Position numbers and translations under genes: made by a program. A DNA stretch of 57,665 nt, the filler included, from Squalus acanthias (lineage: Eukaryota): NCBI GenBank assembly GCA_030390025.1. It is 4 parts of 4 records of this genome, joined end to end, with 100 filler letters (N's around TTAATTAATTAA, not from the genome) between each part and the next. Parts side by side here need not be neighbours in the genome. Positions count along the whole stretch, not along the records: positions 1 to 15,471 come from CM059434.1; 3 more parts are not named here. The stretch is one strand, 5' to 3'. The notes below the pieces were generated by a model. That model was not told the origin of the DNA and ran no database searches. It saw only the letters and a program-made list of their open reading frames with translations. Positions 1-11,600 of this stretch are shown piece by piece. Position 1 is the first letter of the stretch, and each line of letters begins with the position of its first letter.

Positions 1-7
1 ATCAAAC

Positions 8-2955
8 ATGGTCACAGTAAATAATAATTCATATAGGTCTGAGAGCGTTAAAAAAACAAGCCTGAAGGCTTTGTGTCTTAATGCAAGGAGCATTCGGAAC
101 AAGGTGGATGAATTAGCTGCGCAAATAGAGGTAAATGAATACGATTTGATTGGGATTACAGAAACATGGCTTCAGGGTGGCCAAGGATGGGAACTCAACA
201 TCCAGGGGTATTCAATATTTAGGAAAGATAGGCAAAAAAGAAAGGGAGGTGGGGTAGCATTGCTGGTTAAAGAGGGGATTAACACAATTGAAAGGAAGGA
301 TATTAGCTCTGATGATACGGAATCTGTATGGGTAGAACTGAGAAATAACAAGGGGCAGAAAACATTAGTGGGAGTGGTATATAGACCTCCAAACAGTAAT
401 ATGGAGGCTGGGGACAGCATTAAAAGGGAAATTAGAGAAGCATGCAGTAAGGGCACAGCAGTCATCATGGGTGACTTTAATTTACATATAGATTGGGCTA
501 ACCAAATTAGTAAAAATACTGCGGAGGAGGAATTCCTAGAATGTTTACGGGATGGTTTTCTGGAACAATATGTCGATGAACCAACCAGAGATCAGGCCAT
601 CTTAGACTGGCTATTATGTAATGAGAAAGGATTAATTAGCAATCTTGTTGTACGAGGCCCCTTGGGTCAGAGTGATCATAATATGATAGAATTCTTCATT
701 AGGATGGAGAGTGAAGTAGTTGAATCAGAGACTAGGGTCCTGAATTTAAATAAAGGAAACTACGATGGTATGAGGCGCGAATTGGGTAGGATTGATTGGG
801 GAATGTCACTCAAAGGGTTGACGGTTGATAGGCAACATTCAAAGACTGCACGGATGAACTACAGAATTTGTTCATCCCAGTGTGGTATAAGAATAAAACA
901 AAAAGGGTGACTCAACCATGGCTAACAAGGGAAATTAGGGATAGCATAAGACCCAAGGAGAGGGCATATAAATTGGCCAGAAAAAGCGGTAACACTGAGG
1001 ATTGGGAGCAGTTTAGGATTCAACAAAGGAGGACAAAGGGATTAATTAAGAAGGGGAAAATAGAATATTAAAGTAAGCTTGCAGGGAACATAACAACTGA
1101 CTGTAAGAGCTTTTATAGATATGTGAGGAGAAAAAGATTAGTGAAATCAAGTGTAGGTCTTTTGCAGTCAGAAGCGGGGGAAGTTATAATGGGGAACAAA
1201 GAAATGGCAGACCAATTAAATGCATATTTTGGTTCTGTCTTCACAAAGGAGGACACAAATAACCTCCCAGAGATGTTGGAGAACATACGGTCTGATGAAA
1301 GGAAGGAACTGAAAGAAATCAGTATTTGCAGGGAAATGGTGTTAGGGAAATTGACAGGATTGAAGGCCGATAAATCCCCAGGGCCTGATAATCTACATCC
1401 AAGGGTACTTAAGGAAGTGGCCCTGGAAATAGTAGATGCATTGCTGATCATCTTCCAACATTCGATGGAATCTGGAACTGTACCCATGGATTGGAGGGTA
1501 GCTAATGTTACCCCACTATTCAAAAAGGGTGGTAGAGAGAAAGCGGGGAATTACAGTTGGTAAGCCTGACATCGGTAGTGGGGAAAATGCTAGAGTCCAT
1601 TATAAAGGATGTAATAGCTGAGCACTTGAAAAACAGTGACAGGATCGGACAAAGTCAACATGGATTTACAAAAGGTAAATCGTGCTTGACTAATCTACTG
1701 GAATTTTTTGAGGATGTAACTGGGAAAATAGATAAGGGAGAACCAGTAGATGTGGTGTATTTGGACTTTCAGAAGGCTTTCGATAAGGTCCCAGCATAAG
1801 AGATTAGCGTGTAAAGTTAAGGCACATGGGATTGGGGGCAAGGTATTGACTTGGAAAGAGAACTGGTTGGCGGACAGAAAGCAGAGAGTAGGAATTAATG
1901 GGTCTTTTTCCGAGTGGCAGGCAGTGACTAGTGGGGTACCGCAGGGTTCGGTCCTTGGACCCCAGCTATTCACAATATACATTAATGATCTGGATAAGGG
2001 AACTAAATGTAATATCTCCAAGTTTGCAGATGACACAAAGCTGGGTAGGCGTGTGTGCTCCGAGGAGGATACTGAGAAACTCCAGGATGATTTGGACAGG
2101 TTGGGTGAGTGGGCAGAAGCGTGGCAGATGCAATATAACGTGGATAAATGTGAGGTTATCCACTTTGGTGTCAAAAACAGAAAGGCAGACTATTATCTGA
2201 ATGGCAATAGATTGGGAGAAGGGGAAGTGCAACGAGACCTGGGTGTCCTTGTGCACCAGTCGCTGAGGTAAGCATGCAGGTGCAGCAGGTGGTGAAGAAG
2301 GCAAATGGTATGGTGGCCTTCATAGCGAAAGGGTTTGAGTATAGGAACAGGGATGTCCTGCTGCAGTTGTACAGGGCCTTGGTGAGACCACACTTTGAGT
2401 ACTGTGTGCAGTTTTGGTCAGCCTTATCTTAGGAAGGATGTTCTTGCCATGGAAGGAGTTCAGCGAAGATTCACAAGGCTGATACCTGGGATGGCAGGAA
2501 TGACATATGAGGAGAGATTGGGTCGATTGGGCTTATACTCGCTGGAGTATAGAAGAATGAGAGGGGATCTCATCAAAACATATAAAATTCTGACAGGTCT
2601 GGACAAACTAGATGCAGGAAGGATGTTCCCAATGGTCGGAGAGTCCAGAACCAGGGGTCATAATCTAAGGATAAGGGGTAAGCCATTTAGGACAGAAATA
2701 AGGAGGAATTTCTTCACCCAGAGAGTGGTGAACCTGTGGAATTCTCTACCACAGAAGGTAGTTGAGGCCAAGTCATTAAATATATTCAAGAATGAGTTAG
2801 ATATATTTCTTAAAGCTAAAGGTATCAAGGGATATGGGGAGAAGGCAGGTACAGGGTACTGAGTTTGGATGATCAGCCATGATCTCATCGAATGGCAGAG
2901 CAGGCTTGAGGGGCCGAATGGCCTACTCCTGCTCCTATCTTCTATGTTTCTATGT
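8..2955 (+). mobile_element. CR1-clade LINE, near-complete ORF2 (APE endonuclease + reverse transcriptase) and 3' UTR; inactivated by frameshifts and a stop
   Basis: ORF pieces 8-910 (LNARSIRNK, ITETWL, MGDFN, SDHN endonuclease motifs), 1123-1563, 1557-1799, 1750-2271 (GVPQGSVLGP, FADD) and 2395-2862; ends in the CR1-type tail tctatgtttctatgt. Confidence 0.96.
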
Positions 2956-3490
2956 AAGAGCAAGGGCTGGGGCTCCTCCACCAATACCCCCTGGTTCCCC
3001 ATACCTGCCTCGCTTGTAGTTACACCCACCTGTCGCTGACCACGGGCCAAATTTGAATGAATTAATCTAAGGGGTGTGACTGCCTCCTGGAACACAGCAT
3101 CCAGGTAACTCTTCCCCTCCCTGATGTGTCGCAGTGTTTGAAGCTCGGACTCCAGCTCATCAACACGGAGCCAAAGTTCCTCGAGCAATCAACACTTACT
3201 GCAAATGTGGTCGCCTTGGACCTCAATGGTGTCCACCAGCTCCCACATGTTGCAGCAGTAATACACCACCTACCCTGCCATCTCTAATGTATTTAATTAA
3301 TTAAGTGTTTAAGTTTTGAACGTTTAGTTTTTAATCCCGGCTCTAAATTTAAACCAACGCCCAAGAAAACAGAAAAATGCTGACCAACCAATAACTTCCC
3401 TGCTTTCCTGTGACATCACTCCTTGTTTTTTTGTTGTTCTTTAAATCGCCTGCTCCCTCACAGGTCGGTCCGCTCCCGCTGCTGCTCCCA
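2956..3490 (-). mobile_element. CR1 LINE 5' UTR and ORF1 N-terminal (zinc-finger/leucine-zipper) fragment
   Basis: ORF 2658-3188(-) reads LEELWLRVDELESELQTLRHIREG, homologous to the ORF1 at 22683-23117; cut off where the + strand CR1 ends. Confidence 0.85.
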
Positions 3491-5989
3491 AGAAATTCAA
3501 GTTATTTCTCAATAAGAGGAGGCTAAACTTTCTATCCGTTGATCAGGCACAATATTAGGTCGAGTTTTATAATTAAAACAAGGAAACTTGTTAGCTATTT
3601 GAGAAGGATGAAGGAGAGGATTAAGGCATTTAATTGGATTTTAGTACATCCTCGAAAGCTGAATTTGATGTGCATAAAACTGAGAATATCCAAGAAGCAG
3701 TTTTAGATTTGTAATGCATTTTCAGTTCTCCATTTGTACACCAAGTTTAATAATATACATTGTTATATTTCAGGACTGATGTTAGAAATAGAATTCAGTA
3801 TGTATTTTCTGTCCTCCATTTTCAGAAAGACGTCTGCTCCTCCTCTTGCAACCTCAGACTGGAAAGAAACCAGGTCCATTGGAGCAGAAGATTAAAAAAT
3901 GAGAAGAGTTCAGCAGCACAAGAATTGATCTGCAGTGGAGCAAACCCAAGACATTTCAATTGGCATACTGAACCAGAAGGTAGACCAACTGCTGGTCACT
4001 GCCACAATGAGTCTGAACCGTACCCCAGGAACTTCTACACATCTGTTGCCAGATTGTTGTAATACTATTTAACTTGTAGAGTCAATATAGATGGACTAAA
4101 GCCAGCAAGCTGACTCAACTCCATTAGACATGGGTGGGAAATTGCTCCAGAGCTGCTTCACCAGTTCTCTGCTGCTCCCTGCCACTTTTTGGACTTCTGC
4201 CAAGAAGGAGGTATACAATATATGGGTGGGTGCATCAAAATCATATGCAAATGACACAAATACATCATCTGACATAAATGTTGTTCTTTGTGCTATATTG
4301 TTTCTACGGCAGCTTAGAGGCCATTTAAAATTTAAATGCCTCAATTTCTTATAGATCTAAATGCCAAATTTTGAAAAAAATGACCGTTTTTGTATAAAAG
4401 CCAAAAAATTGCTAGATAAAGAGGCCTGCTGAAGCCAATCTCTGCCCCACACTAGGCAGACTCCCCAGTGGAGTTAGTGGAGCTTGCCAGAAATATTTAA
4501 AGGAACTGGAAAATTAGCCGAGGTCTGGGATGCATCTTTCTGGTGGGCAGAAGTCTCACCATGCTGAGGATGCACCCCAATCCTACTAAAGTGGAATATC
4601 TAGGCCATCGTGTCGAATGTGTTAATTAATCAAGTCCTAGTTCGTAGTGCTTCAGATCATGTCCTTGATGTCTCTAAGGTTAATGTACCAGATCATGTCC
4701 TTGATGTCTTTAAGGTTAATTATGGCTCAAGTCTGATTAGTGCTGTGATGCACTTTCAATTATTGTAATTTTTTTAATGTACCTTATTTGAATCCTTTTT
4801 TAATATTGTGGTGACTTGCAACCGAAATTGGAATTTAACTGCAAAAGTAACTCCAGACATAATCCAAAATATTTCCTGCAGCACCCACGGGTATTAAGAC
4901 TTCATGTTGGTTAATGCAGTAATTGGTGGTAACTACAAGATGCTCCAGATTCTCCAGTCTGAAACTTAAGGCAATAAAAGGCAGCGCAGCGGCACTCATT
5001 TTAAATTTACCCCATTTCCATTGGGTTCCATTCCTGTAACCTTAATGTAATACCTGAGTACCACTGGCAGAAAATGTAATATACCTTCTGAGACTGTAAA
5101 ATTGTTGCAATAGAATCCATCTTTTTCCGGTGAGGACAAGTAAGAAAATTTGCACCTTCAATTCTTTTTTGCATTTAATATCCCCTTCTTGAATCAAGAC
5201 CTAAAATAGATTGTAAATAATAAGACTCCATGTCTGACTATCCTATCAGTAAGAGATAAAAAAACCAACTGTAAATGCTGAAAATTCTCTTTTAGATGCT
5301 GATCAATCTATCATGCATTTCTATTATTTCCAGTTTTAATTATGCCAACATTTTATTCCAGCCTACCCAAAATACTGCTCTAGTTAATGTTGCAGTGTTT
5401 CCCATATCATGTTTATAAACTGCTGAATTGTTACTGGATCTTTATTTTTCTACTGTATATGGATGTTAATAAATACAAAATTATGGCAGTCATGTAAGAA
5501 GATTATTTTTAATTAAATGAGTGATTGTATTGCATTGTGCTAAAATATAAAAGCAGTAAATAAATAGTGATGCATAATAAAATATATACCACTGAATAAT
5601 ATTCCGTTTGCTTCTTTATTGACAAATACCTTCTTTATAATTGCTTATAAGTGTCTCCAGAGCTATTTCAGTGATGTTACTTTGAACTGTCCTGGGAGAC
5701 ACTGAAAATTGGGTAAACTTGTTACTCTAATGTTTTTCCTAAAGTAAGGCAGCCAAAACTGGACACAATATTCTAATTATGGTTTATTCAATGTTGTATG
5801 GATTTGGGATCAACTCTGCTTTTTATGCTACATCCTATTTATAAAACCTTTCCACTTTTTTTTATTACAATTATGTTGACTTGGCTTCCCATTTCAAATG
5901 ATTTGTGTATCTGAACCCCTAAGATTCTCCACTATATTCCTTTTAAAGTTTTACCAATTAGTATATATTTCTTCACATTTCTCAATAAA

Positions 5990-7008
5990 TTACCTCTGGG
6001 GTCTCCCAAGGGGATCTATCTCCTTTTCTCATCTGCATGCTACCCTTTGGCGACATCATCTGAAGTTCGATTCCACAAGTACACTGATAAAACACAGCTC
6101 CACCACTCCCTCCACTGGCTCTGTGTTGTCAGACTGCATGTCTGACATCCAGTCCTGGGGGAGCTGCCATTTTCTCCAGTTAAACACGAGGAAGACCATC
6201 CTCTTTAGCCCCCACCACAAACTGAGTACCTTTGCCACTGAATCCATCCCCTCTCCAGCAACTGTCCCACATAGAAACAGACTGTTCATAACCTCTGTGC
6301 CTTATTTTACCCCCAGTTGAGCTTCAGACCCCATATCCTCTCCATCATTAAGGAGTGCCTACTTCCACCTCGAACATTGCCTGCTTCAGTCCATCTGCTG
6401 CTGAATCCCTCATTTATGCTCATGTCACCTCCAGTCTTAGCTATTCCAATGCTCTCCTGGCTGGCCTTCTATCCAGCACCCTCAATAAATTTCAGGTCAT
6501 CCAAAGGTCTGCTGCCTGTATCCTATTCTGCACCAAGTCCCCCTCACCCATCACTTGTCTGCGCTCTGACTTACTTTGGCTCTTGGACCCCAATGCCTTC
6601 AATTTAAAATTCTCATTATCAAATGTTGGTCATATCCCTTCATGGTGCCCCCCTCCCTATCTCTCTATATCCTGCTCCAGCCCTACAACCCTCCTAGGAC
6701 TCTGTTCCTACAACTCTGGTCTCTTAAGCTTCCCCCAGTTCCTTCGCCCCACTATTAGCAGCTGTGCCTTCAGCCGTTTGGGCCCTAAGCTCTGAATTCC
6801 CTCCCTAAACATCTTCACCTCCCTAAACCTCTTCAACTCCCTCTCCTCCAAGACCCTCCTTAAAACCCAGTGATTTTACCAAGCTTTTAGTCACCCCTCC
6901 TACTATCTTGTTTGTTGGCTTGGTGTCCATTTTTGTCTGACTATACTTTTGTGAAGTGCCTTGGGCCATTTTCCTACGTTAAAGGTGTTATATAAATGCA
7001 AGTTATTG
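5990..7008 (+). mobile_element. Degenerate L2/CR1-group LINE 3' fragment
   Basis: Residual RT C-terminal peptides (SDCMSDIQSW...FLQLN, LSYSNALLAGL, AFS.LGPKL); tail ending gttaaaggtgttatataaatgcaagttatt resembles the SINE tail at ~55290-55335. Confidence 0.75.
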
Positions 7009-7009
7009 T

Positions 7010-7440
7010 AAATTTCATCTGACATCTATCTTCAAAATGTACTAACTTGTTTAAGTCCTGTAGTCGCCAATAGTCCTCTTCGCAGTTGCCTATGCATTGT
7101 ATTTTATGTTTGCAATTTCCGCGATCAGGCCCCCATACCTAAATCCAGATCATTTATATAGATTAAGAGCCATGTCCCCAACACTGATCCCTAGGGGATA
7201 ACCACTGTTTACATCCCTCCAATCCAAGAACTTCCATCAACAACTGCGCTTTGTTTTCTGTCCTTGAACCAACTTCTTATCCCTACTTTCACATTCTCTT
7301 TAATATTGTGTGCTTTAATTGTGTCAGCCTTCGATGTAGCACCTTATTAAATGTCTTTTGAGAATCCATATATACAACATCCACTGCATTTCCTTTATCA
7401 ATATAATCTATTTCCTCAACGAGCTCTTTTAAAGTTGTTA
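7010..7440 (-). mobile_element. Old CR1 RT fragment
   Basis: ORF 7289-7567(-) contains IDKGNAVDVVYMDSQKTFNKV; GVPQGSVLG-like sequence near 7170-7205. Confidence 0.7.
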
Positions 7441-7539
7441 GAAAGTGACTGGCCTTTTCTAAATCCATATTAACTTTCATTACAGCTGAAGAAAATAAGT
7501 AGCAAAATGTTTCCAAAAAATCCTTTACCATTCTGGTTG

Positions 7540-8790
7540 CCATATTATACAAAGCATATAGAGGCACTGGAGAGGGTGCAAAAAAGATTTACAAGGATGA
7601 CACCAGAAATGCGAGGGTGTGTGTGTCAGGAAAGGACGAACAGGCTGGGTCTCTTGAAAAGAAAAGGCTGAGGGGTGACCTAATAGAGATCTTTAAAATT
7701 ATGAAAGGTTTTGATAGAGTAGACACAGAGGGCTGGATTTTGATATTGGGGCGGGTTGGGGTCGTGTCATCTGCATTTCGTGTTATCCACCCGCCTGCAA
7801 TTGGATGTGGGAGATTGATGCAATTTTCACTTAAATGGGCAATTGAGTTCCAGCATGTGGGAACCCATGAACCAATTAGTGGTTTCAGTCTGAAAGTTGC
7901 CTCTGATGATGTCATCACTGCAGGTCAGAGACTGCCTGGTCTCAGAGATTGCCTGGCCTTTGCTGTGAGAGGACCTGGGTGCAAAATGAGCAGCATCTCA
8001 GAGAGAGAGAATTTTTTTTGCAACCAAGTCCTCCCAGGCAGTCTCTGAAGACATTCAATGCAGCAGCATCAGAGGCGACTTTCAGACCTAATACTACTCC
8101 TACCACCTTCATCACAATACTACTACTACCTTCATCACATCTCCGTTGTAATAGTGGACCTGCAGCTGATAGTCAGCTATCCACTTGTGCTCCCGCCAGG
8201 TTTCACTGGCGTGTTTCATATCAGGCGTTCTTCACGTCAGAAAAGGGTTAAACTAGCTAAAACGTTTCAAAATGGCATTACAGAGCCAATTTAGGGCTTG
8301 TTAAGGGCTTTAATGGCCTCTCCCGTCTCTTGGAGGCGGGACGGAGTCGGGAACCCCGCGACCGATTTTGTCAAAATTGCGTGGAGTCGGGATGGGGTCG
8401 GGACCCCCGAATCTGCAACTTTAACCCCCCACACGCCTCCAAACCCGACTCCACGGGTCATTGAAAATCCAGCCCAGAGTGTTTCCACTTGTGAGGAAGA
8501 GCAAAACTAGTGGGCATCAATATAAGATAGTCACCAAGAAATCAAATAGGGACTTCAGAAGGAACTTATTCACCATGAGAGTGTGGAACTCGTTATCACA
8601 GGGAGTAGTTGAAGCGAATAGTACAGATGCATTTAAGGGGCAGCTAGATAAGCATAGGAGGGAGAAGGGAATAGAGGGTTATGCTGATAGAGTTAGATGA
8701 GGAAAGACTGGAGGAGCAAGTGGAGCATAAACGCTGGCATAGACTGGTTGGGCCGAATGGTCTGTTTCTGTGCTGTATATCCTATGTAAT
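7540..8790 (+). mobile_element. CR1 3' fragment split by a DNA-transposon insertion
   Basis: KRLRGDLIEIFKIMKGFDRVDT before 7730 continues as VFPLV...YKIV...FRRNLFT after 8475; 3' tail near 8790. Confidence 0.85.
7730..8475. mobile_element. Non-autonomous DNA transposon (MITE), PIF/Harbinger-like
   Basis: Perfect 12-bp TIRs GGGCTGGATTTT (7730-7741) and AAAATCCAGCCC (8464-8475); 3-bp TSD AGA (7727-7729, 8476-8478); removing it restores the CR1. Confidence 0.85.
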
Positions 8791-8987
8791 GTAAAATTTA
8801 CTTACAGATTTGTCGATTTAAAGGAAAAGTTATAAAATCGGCACTGGTAAATCAAACATATTAGTATTTAGGGTTTCCCTTTCAGGTACTTCCTCCTTTT
8901 CAAAAACTGGTGTCATCACCCCCACTTTAAAAAAACAACCTTGCTTCCTCTGCCCATCGAACACACAACAATGTCAATCTATAGATT

Positions 8988-9129
8988 AGCAAAATACTGC
9001 GGATGCTGGAAATCCGAAATCCGTAGAGAGAGAAAGTTCTGACGAAAGGTTTTCGACCTGAAACGTTAACTCTGTTTCTCTCTCCACCGATGCTGCCTGG
9101 CCTGAGTTTTTCCAGCGTTTTCTGTTATT
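8988..9129. mobile_element. Short Penelope-like pLTR insertion (inverted tail + forward pLTR) with 14-bp TSD
   Basis: TSD tcaatctatagatt at 8974-8987 and 9130-9143; internal sequence matches the Penelope 3' end at 14950-15050. Confidence 0.8.
9035..9071 (+). ncRNA. Minimal type I hammerhead ribozyme (Penelope pLTR)
   Basis: agtt-CTGACGA-A-AGGT(tttcg)ACCT-GAAA-CG-TT-aact: both conserved core boxes, stems I and II paired, palindromic AACGTT at stem III. Confidence 0.75.
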
Positions 9130-9144
9130 TCAATCTATAGATTG

Positions 9145-9325
9145 TTGGCAGCGCCCTCCAGCGGCAGCGGCCTGGGACCGGCCGGTGTGCGCGCGCACCT
9201 CCGCCCCGCCCGCCCGCTGGTGGCAAAAGTGAAACTGGGGCGAAGGGGAGGCTGTTGCCGCTTCCCGGTCAGAGCGGAGAGAAACTCGGGGTCCAGAGAC
9301 AGAGAGAGAGGCAGAAGCTGGGGTC
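9145..9325 (+). promoter_or_regulatory. CpG-island promoter with GC boxes, an IRF/ISRE element and a CTCF-like site
   Basis: CpG-rich; ccgccccgcccgccc ~9201-9215; AAAAGTGAAACT 9225-9236; palindrome gtgcgcgcgcac 9187-9198; CCGCTGGAGGGCGC on the minus strand ~9151-9164; second IRF-type motif AAAGTGAAAGTGA 9554-9566 in intron 1. Confidence 0.7.
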
Positions 9326-9401
9326 ATGGACCGGAGCGGGAACTCGCTGCCGCTCCTGGTGCCGGTGGTGGTCGCGCTGGCCGCTCTGATACCGCTTTCA
9401 G
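9326..9401 (+). CDS. First coding exon: signal peptide (MDRSGNSLPLLVPVVVALAALIPLS|G) of an unidentified secreted or membrane protein
   Basis: ATG in good context (gtcATGg), hydrophobic core, 76 nt ending at a CAG|GTAAAG donor (phase 1), inside a CpG island. Confidence 0.7.
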
Positions 9402-10394
9402 GTAAAGTGCGAGGGGCGACGGGCGGAGCGGCCTATAGGCCACTTTTGAGCCTGGGCCCGGAGATCGGGAACCACTTTCTCACGGGGGTGGGGTTGTGCT
9501 TGGGCTCGGTGGATTCCCGGGGTTGGTCGATGAAATTGAATCAGCCGGGGGCTAAAGTGAAAGTGACAACTAACAAGCCCACTCCACATTCCCAGCCTCT
9601 CGCTAGACTCTTCCAGCCCAGGAGGCCATACTGCCCACCGTGCCTGGGGGTAGAGCTATCCAATCAATCCCACTCTCCGCTCTTCCCCCACAGCCCTGCA
9701 ACATTTTCCACTTCAAGTATTTATCCCATTCTCATTAGAAAATTATTATTGACGTGGTTTCAGGCAGTACTTTCCAGATCATAGCGACTCGCTGCGTAAA
9801 TTTTTATTTTCCTCAAGTCACCCCTGGTTCTTTTGCCAATTATCCTAAATCTGTATCCTTCCGGTGACCGACCCTTCTGCCACTGGAAACAGTTTACTCG
9901 ATCAAAACCCTTAATTTTTAACACCTACCGAATCTCCCCCAACCTCATAGTCCCCCAACCCCACACAGCCCGCTTCTACCTCATTCCCAAGATCCACAAA
10001 CAGGACTGCCCTGGTAGACCCATTGTTTCAGCCTGTTCTTGCCCCACAGAACTGATTTCTTCCTATCTTGACTTTTTTTTCCTATCCTTGTCCAGTCTGT
10101 TCCTACCTACATCCGCGACTTACGACGCCCTTTGCCACTTTCCAGTTTCCTGGCCCTAACCGTCTCCTTTTCACTATGGACGTCCAATCCCTCGACACCT
10201 CCATCCCCCACCAGGACGGCCTGAGGACGCTCCGCTTCTTCCTTGAACAGAGGTCCAACCAGTTCCCATCCTTCACCATCCTCCTCCGCCTGGCTGAATT
10301 TATTCTTGATGCGGAGATGCCGGTGTTGGACTGGGGTGGACAAAATTGAGAGGTCGCACAACACCAGGTTATAGTCCAACAGTTTTATTTGAAA

Positions 10395-10432
10395 TCACAA
10401 GCTTTCGGAGCTATCACTCCTTCCTCAGGTGA
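10395..10432 (-). ncRNA. Minimal hammerhead ribozyme, left arm of the palindrome
   Basis: Reverse complement of 11563-11600. Confidence 0.8.
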
Positions 10433-11562
10433 AGTAAATTGGATACAGAATCGCCAGAGCATATATAGATGGAAAAAAAAGCATGTGTACTTTACAATTG
10501 CAGACCAATAAATTAAATCATCCTGACTATCTGCCGAGGTGTGATAAAGTTAATTAAGTCAGCCAGGAAGGTACCACATCAAAAGACATAGCAAGATACA
10601 ACTGAGACAATGAGGTGTAGTCGCAGGGGTTCCAACGTGTCAAAAGCTGCCGTCTGTATGTAAAACGAAAAGCTTTAAAAAAAAATTTACTTTTTTACTG
10701 GGAAAATTTTTACTTTTTTACTGGGAATCACATCTGTGAACAAGCTAACGACGACTCGAGTCCGGATCACGTCATGTATCGTGACATAAACCCAAGATCC
10801 CGATTGAGACCGTCTTCATGAGTTCGGAACTTGGCTATCAGTTTCTGCTCGATGATTTTGCGTTGTCGTGTGTTTCTAAGGTTGCCTTGGAGAACGCTTA
10901 CCCGCAGATCCGAGGCTGAATGTCCTTGACTGCTGAAGTGTTCCCCGACTGGGAGGTAACAATCCTGCCTGGCGATTGTTGCGCGGTGCTCGTTCATATG
11001 AACGAGCACCGCGCAACAATCGCCAGGCAGGATTGTTACCTCCCAGTCGGGGAACACTTCAGCAGTCAAGGACATTCAGCCTCGGATCTGCGGGTAAGCG
11101 TTCTCCAAGGCAACCTTAGAAACACACGACAACGCAAAATCATCGAGCAGAAACTGATAGCCAAGTTCCGAACTCATGAAGACGGTCTCAATCGGGATCT
11201 TGGGTTTATGTCACGATACATGACGTGATCCGGACTCGAGTCGTCGTTAGCTTGTTCACAGATGTGATTCCCAGTAAAAAAGTAAAAATTTTCCCAGTAA
11301 AAAAGTAAATTTTTTTTTAAAGCTTTTCGTTTTACATACAGACGGCAGCTTTTGACACGTTGGAACCCCTGCGACTACACCTCATTGTCTCAGTTGTATC
11401 TTGCTATGTCTTTTGATGTGGTACCTTCCTGGCTGACTTAATTAACTTTATCACACCTCGGCAGATAGTCAGGATGATTTAATTTATTGGTCTGCAATTG
11501 TAAAGTACACATGCTTTTTTTTCCATCTATATATGCTCTGGCGATTCTGTATCCAATTTACT

Positions 11563-11600
11563 TCACCTGAGGAAGGAGTGATAGCTCCGAAAGCTTGTGA
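11563..11600 (+). ncRNA. Minimal hammerhead ribozyme, right arm of the palindrome
   Basis: tcac-CTGAGGA-A-GGAG(tgatag)CTCC-GAAA-GC-TT-gtga, with palindromic AAGCTT at stem III. Confidence 0.8.

Noticed and set aside
3760-4062. Possible exon or ORF with splice-like signals
   Set aside because: No recognisable protein motif; the implied intron (~28 nt) is too short.
9326-9784. 152-aa ORF as a single-exon protein
   Set aside because: Reads through a splice donor at 9402 into intronic and CR1-derived sequence.
10767-11228. Two identical 102-aa ORFs as real genes
   Set aside because: The first ~27 aa are antisense read-through across the palindrome centre; only the C-terminal GIY-YIG fragment is genuine.
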